This document shows positions 37,485-51,511 of a stretch of DNA of 64,000 nucleotides, piece by piece. Origin of the DNA: Saccostrea cucullata (lineage: Eukaryota). Each line of letters starts with the position of its first letter. Positions within the stretch are counted from its first letter, which is position 1. The notes under the pieces were generated by a model, which worked only from the letters and a program-made list of their open reading frames with translations, did not search any database and was not told the origin of the DNA. The translations under genes were made by a program, and so were the position numbers. The stretch is taken from the NCBI RefSeq assembly GCF_032062105.1, contig NW_026934212.1, positions 496,001 to 560,000 of the forward strand. The letters are read 5' to 3'.

Positions 37485-40400
37485 ATGGCGCAGTACAAAG
37501 TGCCAGATCCAGACAAAGATGAAGTCTGCCCTTATGACAAATCACACGTGTTTCCAGCCAAAAGGATGCAGTACCATCTCATGAAGTGCAGAAAGGTCAG
37601 AAAATGTATAATGTACCATGCTCGAGAAAATACAATTTATATCAACATCATGAAAATTAGACATAAATTTTTACTATTTCTACATATGGACAAACGTATA
37701 TTTCAGTATTTCAAAGTCATTATTTCTCCACAACCATGCTGCCAATTTTACCACAAAGTGCAATTGACCTGCTGTACTGATTTTTTACATTTTCTCTTGT
37801 AGAACCATAAGGGAAGTAGCTTTGCCACCTGCCCTTTCAATGCTAGACATGAAATGCCTAAACCGGAGCTGCGCTTTCATCTAGAAATTTGTCCAGACAA
37901 GGCAGTGATTGAACCATTGCTGGCTTATGGTAAATCAATGATGTCCTGTTTTATTTTTATAAATGTATGTTGGATTAAAAACAAAACAACAACATAACAA
38001 CAACAAATCCCACTGATGTTGTAAAGACAAGGTTTATGCAGATCACAGCATCTCTTAAAACTGTTAAAAATGGGAAAAGGACTTACAAATTATAATGGGT
38101 TCACAAAAGGCAGAAATATAGTTCCTAAATCTTTGATATTAAGAGTTGTAGGATAGCAAACTTTTAAGAGACACGATCTTGAGACCAGATGGTAATATGG
38201 TCACAATTACCTACTTTCTGTAATTTTTAAAAAAAACAGTTAAATTAGCCTTTTTAGATGCTAAGAATCATTAAACTTTGTCATTTAGTACATGATTATA
38301 CTTTAGAGCAATAAAATTAGCATGTTCAGAAGTAGGCAATTAACTGTTATGCATTTCATCAGAAGAACAATTCTAGATCCCTAAACCTATAGGTTTTCAA
38401 ATTGAATTCTGGCATTACTGTTTAGTTTGAAAACAAACTAATTTCAAAATGTTAAAACTTATTTGCTAATGAAAAGGTTGAACATTGTGCATTGTTTTTA
38501 CAGAGAACAGTAAGAGAAATGGAGAAGAGGGGTCCATGTTTAGAGGCTGTACCGATCTACCTGTGTATGACGACGTCACAATTAACAGTGAGGAAAACTG
38601 GGATGATGGTAAATCTACACAAGTACCACTTGCAATAATATCTGTAAAAAAGTACTTTAAAAAGAGAGAAATCTTCAGTACTTAAAAATTATATCTCTAT
38701 AATTCTTATAGCTGTCAGTCCAGTAAGATTTGAGTTGAAGTTATATACAAGAACATTCAATTTTAAAAACAAAATGGCATGTAATTTTTAAAATCATGAC
38801 TCGTATGTTTGAGTCATAACAGTTGCAATAGTTGTCCAAAGTTGTATATAGGATTTAGTGTAAGAAGCCAAGGCCTATTTATACACTGATGCATTTTTAT
38901 TTGGATTAAAAAAAAAATTGTTTGGTATATGAAGGTATCGATAATTTGAATTTTCAATAATTAGAAAATTCATATATTGAGATATTGGAGTGCAGTTGTT
39001 AGACTATTTATTTTTTTGTTGTTTAACAGAGATTCCTTCTGTGGCCAGGATTGGGGTGGATCCACAATTTTTTGCGCGTCAGGACCACATGATTATTCCA
39101 GGGTAGTGTATTCTTAAATTGAAAATATACATTTGTTATATGAATATAGTGGTATGTTTGTTCATTGCTGATTTTGAATATTTCAGACTGACTAAATCAG
39201 AGAAGAAAAAGTTTGCAAAACAAATGTATGTTCCTGCAGAAGATAGAAGGTATGTGGTATTAATTGTTGTTGGTTCCTTTATAAGAAACATTATCAATGC
39301 TTTGTCTGAGAATATGGAGTAAATGAAAACAAAAGGCCAGTATAAACATGATTATGAATTTACTTTATAACAGATACTGGACACATAACACGGAAACAGG
39401 ACCGCCATTAAAGGATCATGAGCAGTCCAATCTGCGTCTCCCTAAAACAGCGGCCCAGACTTACGTATCGAATCAGGAGAAGTCGCTTCAGCAGCCATTA
39501 GCAGTGTTTGCATATTCGCTATCTATGACGGGTATAGGAAGAGGAATACCAGGTAACTGTATCTAAGGAAGTATTAAAATAGTTCACAGATAAATTAAAA
39601 TAAATTGTTTTGCAAAATTTTTCATGCTGAAAGAGTTATAAATTTAATGCTAGTTTCATCAAGTTTCTTGTAATTTGCCATTTCTGTACAGATAATGGTA
39701 TGAGAAGAGAAGTGGATAAAAGACTAGGTCGCGGCAGAGGGAGGGGCCGTGGCTCCACCCCTGCGGTGGGGAGGGGGACCACTATTGCTGAAACAAATGG
39801 AAGGATGTCCCAGTCCCATGAAAATGGGTTAACTTTTGACAAGGGTGGTCAATTTTCCGCTGTCCAGACAGGAACCCCAGCAGCTGTTAGATCTGAGGGC
39901 CTGAAAAGCACCCCTGAGTTTAGTGTGGGGATTGGGCGAGGATACAGAGGATCTGATGGTAAGCGTGCAATTTATTTTAGATTTCAAAAAAAGAGTTTTG
40001 TCTTTCCTGAATTATTTTCAAAAACTCAAGGAAGAGGAACTGGAAAATAATGCATTCTGAACTTTTGATTATTTCAGGAACAACGTCATCCCCATTCTCC
40101 TCTGTATTAGATGCAATGCCTCAACAAAACAAGAATGGTAAGAAACTATTATTTAATGATATTCAACACATTATTCTGATGATTGTGGATTGTTCAAAGA
40201 TAGAAGAGGTACATGCCATGAAAAAGTTAATTAAAGCAGTCTGTTTTATAAAACTACAGCACAAGAAGACTTGGACAGTTTGAAGGATTTGGACAAAAAG
40301 CTGAAGAGAATTGAGAAGAAGCTGAGACAGATTGAGCTGCTAGAAGAGAAGATGGAGGAGGGGTATACTCTGACAAAAGAGGAGGTAGGAGCAGGTTGAC

Positions 40401-41168
40401 TTGATTGTACAGTCAAACCTTATTATCGTGAACTTAGTGGGGCAAAGAAAATAACTGAGATATATGTCCAAAGATTTGAGATACCGTATAAGTGGAAATA
40501 GTAGTGAGACGCAAATTTAGCGATTTCTCCATAAAAATTAGTATTTTATTCTTAGCGATAAGTAATTTTAGCAATTATAAAATGCTCACTAAAGAAGCTA
40601 TTACAGAATTTAATAAAATGCAATTAAAATTTAGCGATATTCAATAGTAGCAATCTTAACACCCTCGCTAATGATGCCAAAATTATTTCTCGCTAAGAAT
40701 TCTACTTATACAGTATCTAGGGTAAAATACTGAAAGAATAAGTATTAATTTGGACTTCCATATTATTTCAACAAATCCTTGGCGTTCATGATATTGGTGT
40801 TTAACTGTGCACAGCCCCTTAGTGAAACCATATCTGTATCATGTGTAATGAGAAACAAACTTGTGATTTAGTTTACTGAAAATTGTACGCAAGATAGTGC
40901 AACATACAGTATTCATGCATCTACTATGTACAGTATTTTGTTCATATACCTGACAGTTACATTTTAGTTAAGTACACATTAACTGTACAGTATTCAGATC
41001 ACAAACACACACATTTGGTACTGTATGTACACATATACTCTGTATAAATATTCATTTCTCTGATAAAAATTTTCTGATTTTTTATAGGCTGCAAAAGTTG
41101 GCATGAAGACAACTCTGAGAAATGAGAGAGAAGAGCTGCAACGGAAGAACGTGTCAAGAAAAATTTAA
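37485..41168 (+). CDS. GTSF1: GTSF1/Asterix-like protein, paralog B (about 396 aa), same exon structure as A
   Basis: Exons 37485-37595, 37803-37929, 38504-38608, 39030-39102, 39187-39249, 39374-39552, 39692-39958, 40078-40137, 40260-40384, 41088-41168; all phases match A; CPYDKSH...HLMKC and CPFNARH...HLEIC. Confidence 0.9.
40481..40715. mobile_element. Small MITE in the last intron of B, nested in an older CAGTCAAAC-type MITE (about 40408-40809)
   Basis: TACCGTATAAGTGGAAT / ATTCTACTTATACAGTA inverted ends. Confidence 0.5.
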
Positions 41169-41214
41169 TAACTCTGTGCAAGACTGAAAATGACTCCAAT
41201 CTATTATCAGATAA

Positions 41215-41219
<5 letters not shown>

Positions 41220-41251
<32 letters not shown>

Positions 41252-41327
41252 ATTCTGATCACATTTTGTCCGTCGTCCGTCCGTCTGTCCGTCCGTCTGT
41301 CTGTCTGTCCGTCTGTAAACTTTTCAC

Positions 41328-41364
<37 letters not shown>

Positions 41365-43367
41365 TGACCAAACTTGGTACAAAGCATCCTTGGGTGAAGG
41401 GGAATTTAAATTGTTAAAATGAAGGGACATATCCCCTCGCAAGGGGAGATAATCAAGAAAAGACAAAAATAGGGTTGGGTCATTAAAAAATCTTCTTCTC
41501 AAGAACCACTGGGCCAGTAAAGCTGAAACTTATGTGAAAGCATCCTGGGGTAGTGTAGATTCTAAATTGTTCAAATCATGACCCCTGGGGGAAGGGCGGG
41601 GCCACAATGGGGAATCAAAGTTTTATATAGAAATATATAGGAAAAATCTTTGAAAATCTTCTTCTCAAGAACCACTGGGTCAGAAAAGCTGAAACTTATG
41701 TGGAAGCACCCTGGGGTAGTGTAGATACTAAATTGTTCAAATCATGACCCCCGGGGGAAGGGCGGGGCCACAATGGGGTATCAAAGTTTTACATAGAAAT
41801 ATATAGGAAAAATCTTTGAAAATCTTCTTCTCAAGAACCACTGGGCCAGAAAAGCTGAAACTTATGTGGAAGCATCCTGGTATATTGTAGATTCTAAATT
41901 GTTCAAATCATGACCCCCGGGGGAAGGGCGGGGCCACAATGGGGAATCAAAGTTTTATATAGAAATATATAGGAAAAAATCTTTGAAAATCTTCTTCTCA
42001 AGAACCACTGGGCCAGAAAAGCTGAAACTTATGTGGAAGCATCTTGGTATAATGTAGATTCTAAATTGTTCACATCATGACCCCCGGGGGAAGGGCGGGG
42101 CCACAATGGGGAATCAAAGTTTTACATAGAAATATATATTGGAAAAATCTTTGAAAATCTTCTTCTCAAGAACCACTGGGCCAGAAAAGCTGAAACTTAT
42201 GTGGAAGCACCCTGGGGTAGTGTAAATTCTAAATTGTACAAATCATGACCCCCGGGGCAGGGCGGGGCCACAATGGGGAATCAAAGTTTTACATAGAAAT
42301 ATATATTGGAAAAATCGTTGAAAATCTTCTTCTCAAGAACCACTGGGCCAGAAAAGCCGAAACTTATGTGGAAGCATCCTGGTATAATGTAGATTCTAAA
42401 TTGTTCAAATCATGACCCCCGGGAGAAGGGCGGGGCCACAATGGGGAATCAAAGTTTTACATAGAAATATATATTGGAAAAATCATTGAAAATCTTCTTC
42501 TCAAGAACCACTGGGCCAGAAAAGCTATAACTTATGTGGAAGCATCCTGGTATAATGTAGATTCTAAATTGTTAAAATAATGACACCTGGGGGAAGGGTG
42601 GGGCTACAATGGGGAATCAAAGTTTTTTATAGAAATATATAGGAAAAATCTTTGAAAATCTTCTTCTCAAGAACCACTGGGCCAGAAAAGCTGAAACTTA
42701 TGTGGAAGCACGCCTGGGGTAGTGTAGATTCTAAATTGTTCAAATCATGACCCCCGGGGGAAGGGCGGGGCCACAATGGGGTATCAAAGTTTTACATAGA
42801 AATATATAGGAAAAATCTTTGAAAATCTTCTTCTCAAGAACCACTGGGCCAGAAAAGCTGAAACTTATGTGGAAGCATCCTGGTATAATGTAGATTCTAA
42901 ATTGTTCAAATAATGACCCCCGGGCAAAGGGCGGGGCCACAATTTGGAATCAAAGTTTTATATAGAAATATATAGGAAAAAATCTTTGAAAATCTTCTTC
43001 TCAAGAACTACTGGGCCAGAAAAAGTGAAGCTTATATATATAGAAGCATTCTAGGGTAGTGTAAATTCTAAATTATAGGAATCATGACCCCAGGGGGAAG
43101 GCCGGTGCCATTATAGGGAATCAAAGTTTTACATAGAAATATATAGGAAAAATCTTTGAAAATCTTCTTCTCAGGAACCACTGGGCCAAAAAAGCTGAAA
43201 CATATGTGCCCATGGAAGGATCATGGGTTAGTGTAGATTTCAAAATGTCTAAATTATGATCAGTGGGGTAGGGTGGGGATGCATTATGTATAACAAGGGG
43301 GAAATTTGGTAAAGAACAGAATGGTCAAAGCTTCTCAGGTGAGCAATGTGGCCCATGGGCCTCTTGT
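41220..43367 (+). mobile_element. Helentron/HINE-type element with about 11 tandem ~167-bp satellite monomers, about 50 bp after the stop of paralog B
   Basis: AGCTCACCTGAG...CTCAGGTGAGC IR, (CGTC/TGTC)n, monomer anchor AAAATCTTCTTCTCAAGAACCACTGGG, 3' GGCCCATGGGCC-TCTTGT. Confidence 0.88.
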
Positions 43368-44398
43368 TTTTGTTATGTAAAAAGTGTTCAAAGTTGAAAA
43401 CATTTTGTATGTGTAAATATTCAATTGATATCATTATGTAGTACATGTACTTTATGTTTTATAACATGCCAAGAAGCTTTTGCAGTTGTAATAAAACAAT
43501 TACTTGTATAAAAGTTGTAAATTTAGAATTTTATTCTTTTGCATAACAATTTCACAGTGTTCATGCATTTATTAAATTCTTCCTTTATAAATGAAGCTCT
43601 GCAAGATTTTACCATAGACTTAAATTGAAGGATTGAAAGATGTGGCGTATTTTTTATAAGTCCGGACTAACTAAAATTAAAATGATCTTTTTATTTGTTT
43701 TGTTTCTTTATATTAAGATAGGACTTTCATGTAAATTACACAATTTAAATCATTCGCTTTTCATAGATATCACAGAATTGAAACAAAAACTGATTTATTT
43801 CCTGCTCAGAATTAAATATCAAACACAGTTTAAGGTCAAAAGTTGGGGTATTTAAGTTCAAAATCTGTGAAATTTTGAATTTGAACGTAAATAAGAAATA
43901 TCATGTAACTCTACACTTGATCTCGTATTTTTATTTTTTAGCTCAGCTTTAATTAATTTTGCAGAAAATTATATGTATCAGTTACATGAATAACAATTGA
44001 ATAGTATACTACCTATCAGTGCCAGATCCCTTGAAACTCTTAATTAGCACTGTAGTCCCTTAGATAAGTTTTATGAATTGTTTTACGGATATTTTACATA
44101 CAATAAAATCAATATCTAATGACAACAAAAAATGATTCATTCATTTTATTAAATGTTTGGGAACAAAAGGAGGGAGATCCCCCTACCCACACACCCCCAC
44201 CCCCACCCATGCTCTTTATATCTACCAGTGCCATTGACTGTTGTATGAAAATTGTAATAATTTCTTTTTAAATTTTGCTTAGGACAAGCAATTTAAAAAT
44301 TTTCATTGTTCATTTATAAAATATTTTCAATGTGCATGTAAAAGGTGTACCAGTTACTGTATGAATATTATTACGAACGAACTGTCCAAAATATAGTT

Positions 44399-44498
44399 TG
44401 ACGTCATGAAATATATATAGCGGGAAAAGAAGAAGCTGAGAAAGTTGTCCAGTGTCACTTTAGGACGATGTAAATTTTGTTAGTCAGTTAAGGTAATA
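44399..44498 (+). promoter_or_regulatory. Candidate promoter and non-coding exon 1 of paralog C
   Basis: Full CRE TGACGTCA 44399-44406, TATA-like ATATATATAG just downstream, donor AAG|GTAATA at 44492/44493. Confidence 0.5.
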
Positions 44499-47400
44499 AT
44501 AGGAAAACTAATATAATATTTGATGACGGGGAAATACTTACCATTCTTAAAATCAAGAAAATGCGCGAAGATCGAAGATGGACTGCCCTGCATGCCTGAC
44601 CAAATGAGCACGATGAGTGTTTAGTTCTACTACACATTAATTAAAAAGATGACAATTAGAATTTGACGATTTAAAATCATAACTGATAATATAGGTAGTT
44701 TAAAAAATAAAAAATTAAAAGTAACGCATTTCTATACACAAAAAAACTTTTACAGAATTGTATTGCTTCGACATGTTTTGGATGAGTAAATGAGCTCCAT
44801 ACATGCTGTATTTAATTTATGTACTAAAGCCCTTTTGAACAATGTTGAAAGCTCGGTATTCCAATGCTTGGAAATTTAAAAAAGAAGTGAAGCTTGCCAG
44901 AGAAAAAATATTTGCCATTAACTAGAGCAAAGGCCGATACAAGGCAACGAGTAGGTCTTCAGACAGAGGATGCAGGCCTGTAGGTAGGAAGGAATTTCAG
45001 TTCGGGGGTTGGGGGGGGGGGGGGGGTACAGCCATACAATTTTATTTATGGGCACTATCAACTACCAAAAACCCTGGACAAGCAGAAAGTCATTACTTTT
45101 ATTTAGGGGGCACAAGCATATGTAGTAGCAAAGTTTTCTACAGTATTCTGTATACATGTATTTGCAATATACCCCCTCCCGGTGCCCCCTGCTTCCTATA
45201 TATGGCCATGCAATGGATGTCATAAATAATGTATATAGTCTTTATAAATTCAGACATTTCTTTGCATTAGATTGTCTCTTCTGGTTCAAAAATTGCAACA
45301 CGAAGGCCAAGAAAATCTTTACAGATTACAAATCATTTGAGTTGCGTCAAGCGAAAAGGGACCTTCGTGACATAAACGTAATTACGTCACAATAGCGTTT
45401 CAAAGACGTGACGTCGCGCCGGTGCGTTTGCCGATAAAAAAAATCTTATACGATGAAGCAAAACAAAAATTTATTTGTGTAATACTAATGTTAAGAAAAA
45501 AGACACGCCTATAACTGTCCGAAAAAAATGTTTAATGTCGTCAATTTATAGATTTACTGGTAATTTTTCCAAAAAAAGTATTCTAACTAATTGAATTTTT
45601 GATAGTTCATGAATGGCCTTATTCTTCATAAGAAGTGAAAACTATCTACAGTCTATATGAACAAATCCATGTACATGTATGTGTTTACCTCAGTAATCTG
45701 TGAAGACAAGCGCGTCATTGGCATCTCCGGCTGAGCTCCGGACTCTAAAGACAAGTGGTCTCCTGCATTTATTTCAATGTTTTTTTTGTTTTGTTTTTGG
45801 TGTGGGGGTGGGGGTTACATATTAAACATTCCAGGTTGTTTCTCTGTTTGTCAGAAAAGCCCTAGAATTGGCGATTAAGTAATCGAATCAAGTTAACTGA
45901 TACTAGCATAGTTCAATAGCATTTTGTCAATATACATATAAGTAGGAAAAAAAACATGAATGCAGCATCTAGGAAGCTGTAGCAATGTCATAAAGGATGA
46001 AGAGGCAAAAACCATACGGACTTCTGTATCTCCTCATCTACACCATCACCTTTTATTAAATTTTCTCAACACTCTGAGGTTTGAAAACTGACGTAATAAA
46101 ATGTGAAGATAATCATCAGTGGTCATTTTCAAAACTTATTGAAGGTCTTGTATTCATTGCCTAAATTTATTGAAATAAATTAAAATTAAACATGTTAATT
46201 TGGGTTAAACTGATGTTGTTAGCTTCAAGTCGAAAATTAAGACCGATGACTTCAAATATTTTCTGATTTGAAGTTTACTAATTTAATTTAAGACAAATAC
46301 AGAAGTTCCAGACATTTTGAGTCGAGCTTATAATCATGCACAATATTGTATAATTAAATGATTTAATTACCCCGCCCCCTCCTCCCCCACCCCAACCCCC
46401 ACACATCCTCGAGCGCGCACATTTTTTTTGGGGGGGGGGGGGGGGGGGGGGGCTTATGTTCGTTTTATATTACTATGGAAAAGGAATCTTTTCAAGAATT
46501 AATTCCGATTTTTTTTCGTTATTCTCTCTCTTGATTTCCTTTATTTTTTTTTTCTTTTTAATAAATTTATTTTGTTTCGGTTTTGCTTGTTCTTTTTCGT
46601 ATTTATGCATTAATTTACTATTAATTTCTTTTTTATTTTGACTAAAGGCACTTTGAAAATACAATCTCACATGCACCCCCCCCCCTCCCTTCTCTAAAAA
46701 GATCGCTCCTATATTTGATCAATTAAGTGCCGGAACATTAATTGTCTTGTTATTCACATCATCATCAATTGGTGGTAAAGATTCTTATTCTGTTTTTCAA
46801 ACAGTATCTCAATAGTTCCGTTTTCTTTATCATACACTGTATATGTAATTGCAGAAGATTAAAAGAATTTCATATTTTTAAAGTTGTGCAACCTCTTTCT
46901 TGATGTTGCCGTAGACCTATCTCAAATTACACTGCGATTGTGAAATCAATGATTATTTTCGCTCGTGCATGTTCTTAATAATATTGTCTGATGACTCCTT
47001 TTTTAAATATCAGACTGTAAAATAATGTACTTTTATAACGAATGAAGATTCTTTCTATGTGTCTGTTTACTGCATATGATTTTAAAAATATATACATTCT
47101 GTATATATATATTCTTTTGTTAATTATGTATGAGAGAAAGTTTGATCTTGTTACAACCTGACTATAAGAATAAGAAGTTGGACTTGAAAGAAAATACTGC
47201 GTTTTGTAAATAATATCCTATAATCATCATTAATTCGTGACTATAACTTTTTTTCTTTCTTTCTTTTCTTCTCTCTCTCTCTCTTTTTGGATATCACTCG
47301 GAGCTCCTCGGATGGCTCGAACCTGTTTGGAGTGAAGCGGAGTCTGCCGAGGATTACCGATTGAACAAATGCATAATGATCTATAACAAAATGATGCTGA

Positions 47401-47986
47401 CAGGGGCTGACAAATAGATTTTTCAAGCACTTGCCCACGGGCAAGTGCATGGTCAAATTTCACTTGCCCTACTTCAATTTTTACTTGCCCCACCAGCACC
47501 TTATATTCATCAAAATGAATTAATTTGTCTCTAAATCAAAAAAAATTTCAGCCAAGGATTGTTATTTTGAATATTAGCGACATTTAAAACCACCTGCCAT
47601 TAAGTACTGCGTACCATACAATCTGTTGATTGACTGAATGCTGTTTTACGTACCGTTCAAGAATAATACTTTCTTTCATATAGAGACGCGCTATAGTTTT
47701 CCACGAAATTAAAATTATTTTGTTATAAGAGTTATCTTCCTTCCTGTCACACTTCGTATGCAAACCACTATACTGGTTTGCATACGAAGTGTGACAGGAA
47801 GGAAGATAACTCTTATAACAAAATAATTTTAATTTCGTGGAAAACTATGACATTTTTAAAAATATTTATTGATTGGTTATTTTTTTGAGCCACTTGCCCA
47901 CGGGCAAGTGCCTATTAAAAATTCACTTGCCCGCCTCTAAAATTCACTAGCCCCGGGCGTCGGGCAATGGGATTTGTCAGAGCCTG
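47401..47986. mobile_element. hAT-like MITE with 6-bp TSD
   Basis: TIR CAGGGGCTGACAAAT / ATTTGTCAGAGCCTG; TGCTGA on both flanks; subterminal CACTTGCCC repeats. Confidence 0.75.
47693..47848. repeat. Perfect inverted repeat with 75-bp arms and a 6-nt loop
   Basis: Arms 47693-47767 and 47774-47848 are exact reverse complements. Confidence 0.92.
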
Positions 47987-50388
47987 TGCTGAGTATAAAT
48001 CTAAAGAAAGTTCCTCCGATGGCAGCGTGTATACGTATATTATATTCTTTGGATTTCAGGGGATGAGGCCCATGCATCCTACACCATTTAAACATATATT
48101 GTCTTGATCTCTTTGATACAGCTGAATATCAATTAAACTGATTATTTAAATACATGTACATGTAGGTAACTGTGTATCAAATGTTTATATTATACAGTTA
48201 GAATGTCATCCGGTACCATTGACTTATATAACGATTTTAGTATACTCTGAAAGTATGAATTTTCACGTCTGACTTTTATTGTAGTCTGACAAATTGTTCT
48301 GCATCAAGCCTATATATCTACATAACTTAGATATTTTTATCGGTATATTTTAGTGCTGAACAAATTCAATTCCTCAATATTTTAAGCATGAGAATAAAAT
48401 ACAAGATTTTCTCTTTACAAAATTGTACAACATACGATATTAGTCTTTAACAAATTTTTAAGAATTGCAAGCGAAGTAACGTGTCTTTGTTCCATGGCAA
48501 GTACAACTTGCAGGGCTAATTTTTGAAGAAGGCCTACCCCCACCCCGTTTCCCCATATAGTTAAGTCAAAATTATTGATACAATGTGTACCGCTATATTT
48601 TATTTGATTTTAGCATATCAAATCACTGTAATATATGCAAGTAACATCGTTAGGGGGGGTGCTAAAACAAACCCGTTTAATCTAATTAGATTTGGGGAAT
48701 TTTCAACATTACAATATAATTTTCAATTGGAATGAAATAAAAGGACATCGATTTTCAAAGTGTGATATAATTGATAAGTAAAAAAATAACAATGCCTGAA
48801 AGCTGCACCACACCAACACACCCCTAAAAAACATTGTTCAGGGAAGTACAACTATATCATTTCCAAAAAACACATGTACATGTAAGTACTGGGTAAGGGT
48901 TTGTTTTTGTGGAGGTAAGTTTGCTGACATTCCCGAAAGGGGAAAACAATACTTTGACCGGGATTTATCCTTACGACCTTACTACATGAATATAAATTTT
49001 AGTCCCTTGCAAGCAATCGTAAATACTCGGTCATTTCTGTGCATATAAAATATTTCTCCCTTGGAAAATATCCGTGTTGTTACGAATGCCTTGCGAGATA
49101 ACTTCTGATTAGGAACTTTTTTGGTTCTGTACAAATGGTCAGCGGCCTCTATCCCCTTATGGAGAGGGCTTATTTAAGCTATGCCTGCTGCCCAATCCAT
49201 TTATGTAATTGTTACATAATAAAATATGTTCAAATCAAATCCCCTTGTGAAGGACCCTTTCAAATACTAATTTTTCAGAGATTAAAGCATGCTTATATTC
49301 ATGTTGTAAAAAAGATGAAATGATGTTGTTGAATATATTCTTTAAAAATGTACGACTTACTTTATTATTTCAATATTGACCAACATATACATATACAAAA
49401 AATGCTTTTTTCCCAACAGCTAACGCTATTTTACAATGTATACGATCATATAGATGCTAAAATTTGGGGGGAGACGTTGAAAAACTTAAATACATGTAGA
49501 AAAAATAATTCATACCTGATACAAAAGGGTTATTTAGTAACAATAACGTTCCAAATATCAATAACGTTATGTGACGTTATTCAACGTTTTATAGCGTTAT
49601 CTTTTTAAAATTGCATTGCTTTCATTTTGAGTTTTAATAAGAATTTAGAAGGTATACAATAAAAAATTTGGTATCAAAATATTCAGAAAAACTAGCTCTT
49701 ACAGAATCGGTGAAAAAACGATTTTCTAAAATTTTGTCACGAAGGTCACTTTTCGCTTGACGCAACTCATTTTATACTTATTTGTGAAAATGGAAATCGG
49801 AGAAAAAGTGGGTGCAACGCTTTCAGTGTTTTGGTGGATGGGATGCCAATATTTACAGCTGTATAGGCTAATTGTATGTAGTATTGTGTATGTCCTATCA
49901 TATATCATGCAAAAATAATCTCCAGAGTTAAAATTTTTGAAAATTTGGTCAAAAATCAAGGTAAAGGGGTAAATAGCATGCTCAGAATTATTTTGTTAAA
50001 GGCAATGCACATGATAAATATGAAACAGTTACTTCGAGTAGGTCATGGGGTCATATCTCTTCTCAGTCAAAAGTTATGACCAAGGTTTAAGTTTTTGTGA
50101 CAGACTGACAAACAAACAAGATGTAATATCCCCATGCTTTTGCGAAAACAAGGGGCAATAATAGGAAACTGAAGGAAAACATTTCAGTTTTCCAAAGGAA
50201 GTAAAAAGACCTTAGTTTGGTACATATAATAGAGTGTAAAAAAATTTTTTAAAGTTGATCCTCCTTTTAAGAAAAGCAAAATCTTATAAACAAAAGCCGG
50301 ATTCAGGTGAGCTTTGTGGCCTGTAGACCTCAATATAAAATTTTTTACAGATTCCCTTGTTATTTCTTTAATTTACAGACTATCCTAA

Positions 50389-50513
50389 ATGGCGCAGTAC
50401 AGAGTGTATGATCCTGAGCAGGAGATTCCCTGTCCGTACAACAAATGTGAGATGATACGGGCCAAGCGAATGCCGTACCACCTCATCAGATGCAGGAGGG
50501 TCAGTCAGTTTTA

Positions 50514-50557
<44 letters not shown>

Positions 50558-50624
50558 ATTTTGTCCGGCGTCCGTCTGTCTGTCTGTCTGTCTGTAAACT
50601 TTTCATATTTTCGACTTCTTCTTA

Positions 50625-50655
<31 letters not shown>

Positions 50656-50664
50656 CCACAAAGT

Positions 50665-50699
<35 letters not shown>

Positions 50700-51286
50700 A
50701 AGGAAAGATGAAATCAGGAAAGATGAAACTTATGGAGAAACATCCTCAGGTAGTGTAGATTCAAATTTGTTAAAATCATGACCCCCGGGGGTAGGGCGGG
50801 GCCAAAATGGCCGACCAAAGTTTTACATAGAAATATATAGGAAAATTCTTTAAAAAATCTTCTCAAGAATGACAAAGCCATAATTCATCATATATATATA
50901 TTCAAGCATGCTCAGGTAGTGTAGATTCAAATTTGTTCAAATCATGACCCCTGGGGGTAGGGCGGGGCCAAAATGGCCAACCAAAGTTTTACATAGAAAT
51001 ATAGGAAAATTCTTTAAAAATCTTCTTCTCAAGAATGACAAAGCCATAATTCATCATATTTATATGGAAGCATGCTCAAGTAGTGTAAATTCAAGTTTGT
51101 TCAAATCATGACCCCCGGGGGTAAGGCGGGGCCAAAATGGCCGACCAAAGTTTTCAAAGATATATATAGGAAAATTCTTTAAAAATCATTTTCTAAAAAT
51201 AGCAAATCCATGATTGGTCATGGGACTACTTTTGGATTTAAACTTTACAATGAAAAAACATTTTCTACTTTTTCCTACCCTTAGTG

Positions 51287-51320
<34 letters not shown>

Positions 51321-51468
51321 CATAATTAATGGGGGGGGGGGGGGGTAAAATTAAGTATCAGATACCTTTGTTAAATTGCATCTGAGGTGCATGCTCTCAG
51401 TGTAGCTTTCAGGGCAAAACTTAAACATGACAGATATGGTTCACTTGGTCAAAACTTTCATGAAGTTA

Positions 51469-51511
<43 letters not shown>

